From contig NC_043001.1 in NCBI RefSeq assembly GCF_006345805.1, positions 41,540,001 through 41,604,000 on the forward strand: a DNA stretch of 64,000 bases, written 5' to 3'. Made by a program: the position numbers and the translations under genes. Positions within the stretch are counted from its first letter, which is position 1, and each line of letters opens with the position of its first letter. Source of the stretch: Octopus sinensis. Taxonomy: Eukaryota. The notes under the pieces are model-generated. The model searched no databases and was not told the DNA's origin. It saw only the letters and a list, made by a program, of their open reading frames with translations. Positions 13,672-24,399 of the stretch are shown here, in pieces.

Positions 13672-13705
13672 TATATATATATTATATATATATATATATA
13701 TATAT
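13520..13705. repeat. (TA)n/(TACA)n compound microsatellite
   Basis: Seen directly. Confidence 0.95.
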
Positions 13706-13832
13706 TCTAGAACAAGTAGAAAGGTTTTTTTTTTTACACGTAAATATTGAACAGGGCAAAAACTTCTGAATAACAGAAAAATTTTGATGTGGAAAATTAA
13801 GATAAATATTTAGTTCCTATATATGTTTCATT

Positions 13833-14051
13833 ATTGCACTTATTTGGAACTCAACATCGGATGTTCCAAGTGCATTTGGATGTCTAACTGTACTGGATCA
13901 TCAGGGGAACACTTTATTGCATTCAGTTGCAGAGATCTAATATTTACCATTTATAACAGAATGCAATAAAATTTTCCCCATAATGATCCATTGCAGTTAA
14001 GCATTCAAATGCACTTTAAACATATGATGCTGAGTTTCAAGTAACTGCAAT
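13833..14051. repeat. Old imperfect inverted repeat (~92-bp arms, ~34-bp spacer)
   Basis: 13833-13924 aligns by eye to the reverse complement of 13959-14051 at roughly three-quarters identity. Confidence 0.7.
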
Positions 14052-14245
14052 GGGGAGACATAGATAGAAACTCAATATGTATACATGTTTATCTTAATTT
14101 TCCACTACATGTGTTCTATATGTCATAAAGAGTAACACTTCTAAGTACAGTGGTTGGCTAACCACTATACTGAAAGCTGACTGGATAATGATAATCTACA
14201 TGGAAGTCTAACTCATACAGCAGCTGCTGTACACCCTGTGGTCTA

Positions 14246-15482
14246 CAGGATTTTGCAGATAAATTGAGACCAGTTTTAAGCAGTTGACTTAGTGGGTTTA
14301 ACATTTCATTTTTTTTTTTAAACTGTGCTTGCTTGATAACCTAATCTTCCTCTTTATATTTCAGGTAAATAGTGAACTAATTTGACAACAGAAAGTCATG
14401 GAACAATAGAATTGTTCCACCATTGTTGTTTTGGTATGTGCCAGGCACACTGCCAATAAAATTGTTTAATTGATGAAACTTCCAAAAGCAACAGCTTAAC
14501 ATGTGTATAAACAATTTAAAGAAGAGGGAAAGATTGATAGAAAAGAATACAAGATTTGAAGTGATTCTAAGCACAATCCAAAGTTTTTTGCTGACCTCAA
14601 ATACTTGACTGAAGCCAACCCATCCACATCCATGACAACTTTTGCAAAGAAATGCAATGTGTCCCTTTCCACAGTATTCAGAGCTGCGAACAGGAGCCTT
14701 GGCATGACTAGCTATGTTCAACGATGCCATTACCTCCTAACAGCCAAGGCCAAAGCAATCAGAGCTGAGAGATGTCCAAAGTTTCTGCCATTCATTAAGT
14801 ATCAAGGTGCAGGAAAAACTCTCATGTTTGTGGACGAGAAGTTCACCGTGGATGCTGAGGTGAATCACAGAAATTCTCAAGTGATCACATACAACCTTTC
14901 TGATACCCCCCCACTGTGTTTGAGACTAAGAACTCTGTCTCTGTGATGGTATTTGGAACTGTGGTGAGTGATGAAAGTGTCATGGGTCCACACTTCATTG
15001 AGTCTGGCTTGAAGATCATCACAAGGGAGTATTTGGACATTCTCAAGAACTCTCTGTTACCTTAGACAGAGCAGAAGTTTGGGCTTGGCAATATTGTGCT
15101 TATCGAGGATTCTGCACTATGCCATGGGTCAAAAGCAACACAGGCCTTCTTTGTGAGGGCCAACATCTGGCCCAGTAATAGCCCATATCTTAACCTTCCC
15201 AATTACTTTTTATGGAGTGTACTTGAGTGTCAACAGTTTGAAGACCTGCATTGTGCATGTGACATACAAAATCAAAAAGGCAGAGATTATGGCAGCTGCA
15301 AAATACATTTTATTCTCATGCGAAGGCAGTAATTTCCCAAAATGGTAGCCATATTGAGTGATAAATATTTTGGTTGTAATAAATGTTACATTAAAATTAT
15401 ATCCGTCTATTACCATTATTTTAGTATTTATAATCAATTTTATGCATTATATGAAATGTCTCAATTTATCTGCAAGACCCTG
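14246..15482 (+). mobile_element. Full-length decayed Tc1/mariner-superfamily element (maT/DD37D-like)
   Basis: TIRs caggattttgcagataaattgagac / gtctcaatttatctgcaagaccctg with TA at both ends. Transposase remnants FVDEKFTV, VMVFG, IEDSALCH, IWPSNSPYLN. Confidence 0.85.
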
Positions 15483-15574
15483 TATAAGATGTTAAATGCT
15501 AAAATCTTGCTGGATAAACATCCTGTTCTTCATAATCATGATTTTTTGTCTTCTTTACTTGGTGCTGTAGTTTT

Positions 15575-16680
15575 TTGAAGATAGATTTAGTTTATTTGTA
15601 TAATCAAATTCCCATTGAACTGAATGGTATTCATGAGATGACTATTATCACACCTTTAGGACTATATGAATTTGTTAGGATGCCTTTTGGACTTCAGAAT
15701 TCTGTGAGCATCTTCCATCGATTTATTTTTTTTTAGAAGAAGTTAATTATGATTTGATTTTCATTTTTGCTTATATTGCTGACTTATTGATTGCTAGTTC
15801 TTTGAAACTGGAACATGCATGTTATCTAAAGCAACTCTTCACTATATTTGCACATTATGGAGTGGTTATTAATCTTAATAAATGTCTTTTTGATGTTTCT
15901 TCATTGACCTTTTTGGGCCACATCATTGATAGCAATGGAATTTGCCCTAGGATGGAAAAGGTAAATGCAACTGTGCAGTGTCCCGCTCCTGCTTCATTAA
16001 AAGTATTACATGAATTTCTTAGCTTACTCTCTTTTCTCTCTTTTACTTGTTTCAGTCATTTGATTGTGGCCATGCTGGAGCACCACCTTTAATCGAGCAA
16101 CTCGACCCCGAGACTTATTCTTTGTAAGCCCAGTACTTATTCTATCAGTCTCTTTTGCCGAACCGCTAAGTAACGGGGACATAAACACACTAGCATCGGT
16201 TGTCAAGCAATGCTAGGGAGACAAACACAGACACGCACACACACACACATACATACATACATATATATACATATATACAACGGGCTTCTTTCAGTTTCCG
16301 TCTACCAAATCCACTCACAAGGATTTGGTCGGCCCGAGGCTATAGTAGAAGACATTTGCCCAAGGTGCCACACAGTGGGACTGAACCTGGAACCATGTGG
16401 TTGGTAAACAAGCTACTTACCACACAGCCACTCCTGCGCCTATGAATTTCCACTGATATTTTATTCTATAATGTGCTGAAACTACTTATCTTTTAACTTA
16501 ATTGTAATGTAATCAGGAAAAATGGGAACATTATTTTAACATCCGAGGAATTACAACGATTTAGCAAGATTAAAGAGAAATTATCCAGGTCACCTTGTGA
16601 ATTCATATGACACCAGTTGCACCTTCTTTCTCTGCTAGTGAATGCTTCTGACATTGGCATCAGTCATGTTTTATAACAAT
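15575..16680 (+). pseudogene. Ty3/Gypsy pol relic (RT and start of RNase H), interrupted by a SINE
   Basis: ITPLGLYEFVRMPFGLQNS, AYIADLLIAS, KCLF..LTFLGH. After the SINE, LLVNASDIGISHVL (RNase H). Confidence 0.8.
16027..16440 (-). mobile_element. Full composite SINE (head, microsatellite, type-1 tail), young-looking
   Basis: Minus strand begins ggcgcaggagtggctgtgtggtaag, retains CpGs, and ends agtaaaagag. Confidence 0.9.
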
Positions 16681-16966
16681 TTATTTACATTCTTGTATAC
16701 TTAAATACATTTAGTTATACTGTGTTTGATATTTGCCTTTTCATAACAATGAAACGTGTGTTTAACCAGATACTCTAAAGAAATAAGCCTGTCAACAAAA
16801 CTGACTATAGCAGCTGTAAGGGCCTTGATGTGATCACTGAAGAGGCTGCATGCTAGGGCCAGGTGTCCCAGTCCATTTTTCCAACTACATTCATAAAAGC
16901 AAATTTCACAGAGTCCCTAACATTCTGGGGCCAACAATTGGTTGCCACCCATCAGACAATGCTTAA

Positions 16967-17189
16967 CCTTTTAGCATTCAGATAACTCTATCTAATCTAA
17001 TGCTTATTTAAAAGAAAACATTGTTTTGAACTAATCGTGTATTATCTCATAGCTTCAAGATTTCAATGATGTGACTGTTTATTTTTAGAATGACAATATA
17101 AGGTAGATGTGAGGGGCTAGATCAGGCAGTTATGAACATAAATAGGTGAAATATTTGGGCTGGACATGGCTGGCTTAAATGCTAAAAGG
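16967..17189. mobile_element. piggyBac-type MITE
   Basis: TTAA at both sides (16963-66, 17190-93) and perfect TIR ccttttagcatt / aatgctaaaagg. Related copies at 53798-54010 and ~32210-32440. Confidence 0.75.
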
Positions 17190-17636
17190 TTAAGACATGG
17201 TGCTTTGATGATGATGTTAAATCTAAAACAGAAATAAATATAGATATATAAATATAGAATAGTAGTACAACAAGGCACCAATGTTTACTGGAAATAGCAG
17301 TTGATAAATTTATGACACTATTGTAAAGCTTCACTGTATATATACTAGCAAAGATGTGTGCAAGCAGTGAACATAAAAAATTTTGTCTTACCACTAGGAA
17401 GAACATAGATAAATAGACAACCCAGAATCGGATAATCTAGTACATAGGTTTCAGACTCTTCAAATATGTTTATTATTGTAAATTTGATTAGTCTTCTTTG
17501 GCTTGATTTACCTGGACAATATTTCAAATATTACTACATCAGTGCCAGAATACTTGCCTGAATGCCTAGCCATTAACTGAAACAAGAACAGTGAAAAGTT
17601 TTCAATGAAAAATGTTACATCTGTATTGCAATATTA

Positions 17637-17736
<100 letters not shown>

Positions 17737-17961
17737 TAGATACATACATACATACATAAATACACACACACACACATATGTGTGTGTGCATATATATATA
17801 TATATATATGCATACATATATTATATATATATAATCATATATATGTATGCATGTATGTATTATGTATGTATGTATCACTCTCTCTCTCTCTCTCTCTCTC
17901 TCTCCGTCTATATATGACTGGTGAAAGAAGGCCATGAATGAATGACCTGTTCTTTTTTCCC

Positions 17962-18049
17962 TGTCCTTCTAATTGTTGTTTGTTCTTCGCCTTTGTATCA
18001 TCTATTCTATCCGGATGTTTTATTGTCCTCTATTGCATTTTGTTCCATG

Positions 18050-18105
<56 letters not shown>

Positions 18106-18380
18106 TATATCAAATTAGAGACAAAACCACTATTATGCAAATCAAACAAAGAAAGACTTAAGCCAATACATAAAATAATTTATATAAATTAAAATTTAAC
18201 ATATGAATAACCACTATGATCGTTTCGTGTCAGCACATCTTAGACATTCTTCAGGTGGTTTCAAAACCTTCTTAGTGAGTTTTAAATATATATAATGGAA
18301 CAAAACACAATAGAGGACAATAAAACATCTGGATAGATAGATGATACAAAGGCAAAGAACAAACAACAATTAGAAGGACA
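17962..18380. repeat. Inverted repeat pair (~95-bp arms) enclosing a microsatellite and an HHR-bearing pLTR-like piece
   Basis: 17962-18058 is a near reverse complement of 18287-18380 with only a few differences. Confidence 0.85.
18211..18258 (-). ncRNA. Decayed type-I hammerhead ribozyme motif
   Basis: Minus strand CCAC CTGAAGA ATGTC..GACAC GAAAC GATC ATA GTGG. Two transitions break pairs 10.1-11.1 and 15.2-16.2. Confidence 0.65.
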
Positions 18381-18666
18381 AATTTTATTTAATTTGCTTT
18401 GCATGAAGGACTGTTTCAACAAAGTTGCGTCTTGTCCTTGCCTTCAAAACGTGGAGTAGTTGAAACAGGGACAACTGAAGAAGGGGAATGTTCTTTATGT
18501 TGTATGTCTCGTTTCTCTGTTTGTTTTTTTATTCATTGTTCGAAAAAAAGTTCGTTTCTATGTTTGTTTCTAATATTATTAGAGACAAAACCACTATTTT
18601 GCAAAACAAACAAGGAAAGACTTAATCAATACATAAAATTTTAATAAATAGTCAAAAAAAAAACCG

Positions 18667-18709
18667 CCACTACAATTGTTTCTTGTCTTGATCGACAATC
18701 TTCAGGTGG
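18667..18709 (-). ncRNA. Minimal type-I hammerhead ribozyme (canonical core)
   Basis: Reverse complement of the 18771-18813 motif. Confidence 0.85.
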
Positions 18710-18770
18710 ACTTCCAATAAGTCAGTTTCAAATTATTGACTTCATAATTTGAAACTGACTTATTGGAAGT

Positions 18771-18813
18771 CCACCTGAAGATTGTCGATCAAGACAAGAA
18801 ACAATTGTAGTGG
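18771..18813 (+). ncRNA. Minimal type-I hammerhead ribozyme (canonical core)
   Basis: CCAC CTGAAGA TTGTC GATCAA GACAA GAAAC AATT GTA GTGG: stem I CCAC/GTGG, stem II TTGTC/GACAA, palindromic stem III ACAATTGT, GUA cleavage triplet. Confidence 0.85.
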
Positions 18814-19071
18814 CGGTTTTTTTGACTATTTATTAAAATTTTATGTATTGATTAAGTCTTTCCTTGTTTGTTTTGCAAAATAGTGGTTTTGTCTCTAATA
18901 ATATTTTATAATATTTTACTATAAAATTGGATTTAATCCTAAATCTGATTTTTTCCCTGTAAATTTGGATTTATTCCCTAATATTTATTATTATATATAT
19001 ATATATATATACATATATATATACATATATATATACATATACATATACATATATATACATATATATATACA

Positions 19072-19449
19072 TAATAGAAATATTAAAATTACTAAGTCTC
19101 TATAAAAGAGATTACGGCAGCGTTTACTGGAAATTAATTGTTATCGCCATATTAATATGGCATTCTTATAGATATAAGAATAATCGCTGCCGCTGGTCAG
19201 AGATGTCAGTGGCGACACCTGCGGGTCTGACTGCGCTACATTGACAAGGGGCAATACCCAGAAACGCATCTGTAGCTGTCAGACTGGCAGTGTGAATTGG
19301 CTGACCTCCCTTGTTCGAAGGTTATAATGGATACAGATCGTGTATCAATAGCTATCTTGATGGCGGTGGCCTCATGGAGCTGACCAGCAGCAGCGATTAT
19401 TCTTATATCTATAAGAATGCCATATTAATATGGCGATAACAATTAATTT
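19072..19449. mobile_element. Foldback PLE-pLTR-like mini-element (family B) in (TA)n
   Basis: 70-bp inverted arms 19131-19200 and 19380-19449 with one mismatch. Homologous to 49054-49747. Contains an HHR motif. Confidence 0.8.
19235..19276 (+). ncRNA. Hammerhead motif with U3/A8 variant core, decayed copy
   Basis: GCTACA TTGACAA GGGG CAATA CCCA GAAAC GC ATC TGTAGC, flanked by GTCTGAC/GTCAGAC. Confidence 0.6.
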
Positions 19450-19457
19450 ATATATAC

Positions 19458-19513
<56 letters not shown>

Positions 19514-19996
19514 TATATACACATGTATATATATATATGGAGAGAGAGACAAGGAAAGACAGACTGACAGAGAAGTATAAGTAAGTAAATTAAATCAAAA
19601 GCAATTTAACTATTGAATGTCTGTTTCTGTTTCAGTCTATTCCGAATTGTTTACATTCCATATCTATAATATATTGCATGTGTACATTTATGTGTTTACA
19701 TGTGTTTGAATTGAATTCCTTTATGTGTACTTCTGCAAGCTTCTGCATCTGTGTATCCTTACACATATTCATTATAAATACATGTCCACGCACACACACA
19801 TTATGTATGTATGTGTGTATATTATGTTATATTCATTGTATCAACTCTCTCTTCCCTAATGCTTTTTCTATCTTTCTCCTCTCTCCCTTTCTCTCACTCT
19901 CCGTCTCACCCTCCATCTGTCCCTCGTCTCTTGCTATGTCTATGTATGTAGCCCAGTATACACTCTACCATATAGTTTCCTTTCCTCTTTGTGTGT

Positions 19997-20047
<51 letters not shown>

Positions 20048-20190
20048 TGTGTGTACGTATGCAGATATGTATAGACTCCATTACAAACAACTTTAATATA
20101 TATATATGAGGAGGAAGAGACAAAGTGCAAAGGATAGAGAAAGGAAAGAAAAGTGTTTATATGTTTGTATGGATATATATAACCCTACTC

Positions 20191-20229
<39 letters not shown>

Positions 20230-20884
20230 GTAATTGATAAGGAAAGGGAGAGTAACTGACTGAGGGAAAGAGAGAGAGGGGAGAGAGAATAATAAAGAGT
20301 AATAGAGAGGAATGGGGACGAGATATTCTAAACAAAAATTAGCTCTAGAAATTTTAGTCTACTGCAACCAATTTTATTGCATTTTCTTCTAATGGTAAAA
20401 TTGGAAGAACTTTTCCTTTCCATGTAAGCAATTATACTGTTTTGTTTCTCTTTTATGTTTTATTTGATTTTCAAAAGTTACAGACTGAACTATCAGAACT
20501 GCATCAATTTGTTGCCTATTCCAATTTTAGATGTGTCTCTTTGGCTGTAAAGAAAATAAATGAATAAATAAATAGTGTTGACTAGTTTCTTACACAGTCC
20601 ATAACATTTCACTTCAATCAATGTCATAGAGTAATATGTACAAGTTGTGTATAATGCCACACAACTTTTAAAATATAAAATTATACAATCAATACAACAA
20701 AGAAGTAAGTAAATACTAAGATTTTGCAATATGAAATTCAATCTTGTATGTTGTTATTGTTGATACTTAGCTCTAGGTCAGCCCTAATTGAACAGATCTA
20801 TGATGAAAAATATTTCAGCAGTAACCATTCCATCTGTTATTCTGGCAGTCTATTTGAGATTGCATTATTTAACATGCTCTTCAT

Positions 20885-21140
20885 CATTATTATTACTATT
20901 ATTACATTTTACTTCTCAGAGCTCTCAGACTTACTTGCTCAGGTTGGTTCTGTGAGAGCAGACAGCAGCCTGTTGTCAGAGGTTTTACAGGTCCTCTTTC
21001 CGCAAATGATAAGAGACTTGGTACTTGGATGGTAAGTATTGTAGGAGATACTCAACACCCAAGTACCAATCTCAAAATCCTAGCTGTCCCCAGTAGAGCA
21101 GTTTTGGAGGCATGTTCTGTCCTCATGTTAATTCTAATTT
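20885..21140 (-). mobile_element. R4/Dong element 3' end (C-terminus, 3' UTR, TAA-like tail)
   Basis: Minus strand KTALLGTARILRLVLGC* matches the ALLGTARILHRVLEA* end at ~28485. Followed by a UTR and a taatagtaataataat tail. Confidence 0.7.
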
Positions 21141-21141
21141 C

Positions 21142-21450
<309 letters not shown>

Positions 21451-21992
21451 TGTATCATTTGTCTTCTTCAAATTCAAAATGTAAAATGAAAACAACCACA
21501 GAAATACAGAAATTCAAAATATAAACAAGGAAATCAAATGTTCCTATTTTGATAGAATGACTCATTGATTTTTTAATTTTGTAACTGATAAAAGGAAAAA
21601 GAAAGAAAAAAAGATAAAAGGAAAAAGAATATTTAGTCAAACAGTTTTGTGTAAATGTGACGAAATTCACCTGTCATTTTATTCTTCCTTTCAGGTCATG
21701 ATGTTAGTAATTCACAAATATATTTGTTCTTCTACATTTTGAGGAGTGAAAGTGTAATAGATTCAGAATATTTTCTGGGAGTGGTACACTTTCAGGTGTT
21801 CCTCAAAATTAGAGCCATTTGATGTAAAATGTTCAGCAAATTCTGTTGCGCTACTGCTATTATGTCTGATGCCATACCTGTGCCCATTTGAAATATTGCT
21901 CAAACTGTTAAATAAAAACAATCTATTATAAATTGCATTGCTTACTTCTTATTGTCTATTTATTTTTGTGAAGAGTGCGTCAATCTTTATAA

Positions 21993-22170
21993 AAAGCAGG
22001 AAACTGGCAGAATTGTTAGCACTCTGGGCGAAATGCTTAGTGGTATTTCGTCTGCCTCTACGCTCTGAGTTCAATTCCATCAAGGTCAACTTTGCCTTTC
22101 ATTCTTTCAGGGTTGATAAATTAAGTACCAGTGAAACACTGGGGGGGTCGATGTGATCGTCTAGTCTCCT
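21993..22170 (+). mobile_element. Second-family tRNA-derived SINE
   Basis: ctggcagaattgttagc..gagttcaattcc..gtcaactttgcctttcattctttcagggttgataaattaagtacc. Confidence 0.75.
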
Positions 22171-22189
22171 CCTTCCAGTCAATAATTTA

Positions 22190-24140
22190 AGATGACAAGT
22201 TATTGACAAGTTTTTGTGTCATTTGTGACAATCTTCCAAGATCATCTTATTGATGAGTAGCTGATCTTTACAACCATAGGACCCATGTTTACATCCTTTT
22301 TGCTCATTGGGGAATATGCCACTTTCTATTAAAAAACTATAGGTATTTTCAGTCAAGACAGATGTTAGTGTTATTCAACAGGTTATAGATCGATAATTTT
22401 TGGGTTCATTTGTTTCTTCATTTTTTGGAAGTAGGAATGTTACACCATTAACTAGCTAAGAGGGAATCATACTAGGTTGTTGCAAAACATCGTTGTAAAG
22501 TTTTGTTAGCAGTTCATGGTTCTCTGGGAAGGCATTCAACCAGAAGTTAGGAATTTTATTCTTTCCTGGAGACTTCCATTTGCTTGACTTCCTGAGAGCA
22601 GATCTTACATCCACTACCTTGATACCCTCTCACTTTTGCTCTTCTAAGGAGTCTAAGTCTGTAGATACTCTATCAATCCAAGGGGCCTTTTCAGTGTGTG
22701 TTTTTTCTTCTGCCCAAATTCCTGTAAAAGTTTTGGGGGTTGTTTTTGAAGATTTTGTTGTCCTTGAAGAATCTAGCGCACTTTTCATACCTTGCTATGC
22801 AGGTAGCTATTGCACATACCTTTTGCTTGATGGTTTCTATGGTGCTATCAATGCCAAATATGGTTTTCATATATTTTTTCTTTAATTTTTGGGTTTTTGT
22901 AGGTTTGATAGTCTTGTCATACTTAAGGTATTTTAAACATTCTATGTCAGACCTAAGTAGCTGAATTTGGTGTTGAATAAGCTCTTGCCAAAAAGGCTTT
23001 TTGTGGGAATGTTGTCATTTTTTAATCTTTTCACTACATAGAATTGTTGAGATTTTCACAGATGCATAGTACAGGTGGTTGAGATCTGTAATATCAACAT
23101 CATTAGCTGAAATTATATCCTTAAGTGCAAGGCAGATGTTACCAATTATTTTCAGCTTTTGATTAGAATTGCAAATTTTTGGGAGTGTCGCATTCATTCA
23201 TACTGGTTTCTTTAATTTTCAACCATTCAATCATGATTTGATTTTTTAGCTCATGTAGTTCTGTTGGGTCAATTTCTGTGTGACTTTCTTCATCGATTTG
23301 ATTTTCATCTGCCTTAGTGTTTATAGTTGGTTCAGAGAGTATTTCACTTCGCCTATCAGTTACATTAACTCTTTCAGTCATTACATTTTCATCAGTCTTG
23401 GGCTGGTCTATAATTATTTCCTCTGTAGTATCTTCTTTAGCTGCAGCTTCATTCCTTTTATCCCTTACTGCTTCTTTTATTTGGTCAATCTCTACTTTAG
23501 TTAGTAATTTCTTTTTCATAATGTTTCTTCTGACATTGGCAAGTTCGTTACTGTCTATGTAGGGTCTTACTTCAAGGTGTTTCTGTCTCCAGTTTAAGCA
23601 GGTTTATACAGTATTAGATTTATTTGTGGGGAAATATATGGCATTGTAGAAGGCCATAAGAACTTCTTCATTATCTCCCCTATACCATTTTTCATTCTTT
23701 TTATTTTGGTTATTTGATGACGGGCATGGATGGCCATCTGTTGGAATATTCTGGTTGTTGGGTACTTCCATCTCCTGTGTTTCGGGAAGATTTGAACCAG
23801 TAGCTGATTTTTCATATCAAATCTGGTTCATCATTTGAGTATGTGGCCCTTTGTGATCCGGTAGACGACCAATCCGGTTTGTATTTTACTTTGTTATCAT
23901 TGAGGTATGACAAGCTTCGACGTTGACATTAGGGGATGGATCTGTCTGTTCAGGGTTAAATTGTTGACACAACACCATCTCCAAGTTCTCTGCATGTAAA
24001 CATTGATCGTAACATAGCTTCTTAAGGTTAGCAGATCTGTATTTGTATTTTTATGTCAATAGATTTATCTCCAGGCATAGTTTTTGTGGTGTTTTTAAAC
24101 TTATGAATTGTTCACTCTGTCTGTTAGCTTGAAAAATAAA
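22190..24140 (-). pseudogene. Older R4/Dong element, 5' half (N-terminal domain and start of RT), heavily decayed
   Basis: Translations ELANVRRNIMKKK, ITDLNHLYYAS, ARYEKCARFFKDNKIFKNNPKTFY, KWKSPGKNKIPNFW and EPKNYRSITCL parallel the young copy. Confidence 0.8.
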
Positions 24141-24149
24141 AAAAATAAT

Positions 24150-24150
24150 A

Positions 24151-24202
<52 letters not shown>

Positions 24203-24245
24203 CATCATCATTATTATTATTATTATTATCATTATTATTATTATT
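24150..24245. repeat. (ATT)n/(TAA)n tract: tail and target of the Dong insertion
   Basis: Seen directly at the 3' end of the minus-strand Dong. Confidence 0.9.
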
Positions 24246-24399
24246 CAGTAGTTTTATTTTTATAGCGTGCTTTCACTTCACTACCGAGTGCAGCTCTGTG
24301 TGCCTTGGGTATGTGCTGTGATTTGTTGTGATGCTCTGATGGTTATTGTATGGAAAGTGTTCTGCGTAGTGCAATTTTCTGTATGTTATATGTGTTTGT

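Larger units (their letters stand above)
18572..18905. repeat. Near-perfect palindrome (165/162-bp arms, 7-nt loop)
   Basis: Arms are exact reverse complements except an A10 vs T7 run. Loop tgacttc at 18737-18743. Confidence 0.95.

Noticed and set aside
16838-16870. CTGAAGA followed by a GGC/GCC stem (similarly CTGATGA at ~34670)
   Set aside because: No GAAA, stem III or stem I partner.
20919-21031. Apparent plus-strand exon with good acceptor and GTAAGT donor (ELSDLLAQVGSVRADSS...)
   Set aside because: On the minus strand it lies between a Dong C-terminus (ALLGTARILR) and a TAA-like tail, so it is better explained as a Dong 3' UTR. No compatible neighbouring exon was found.
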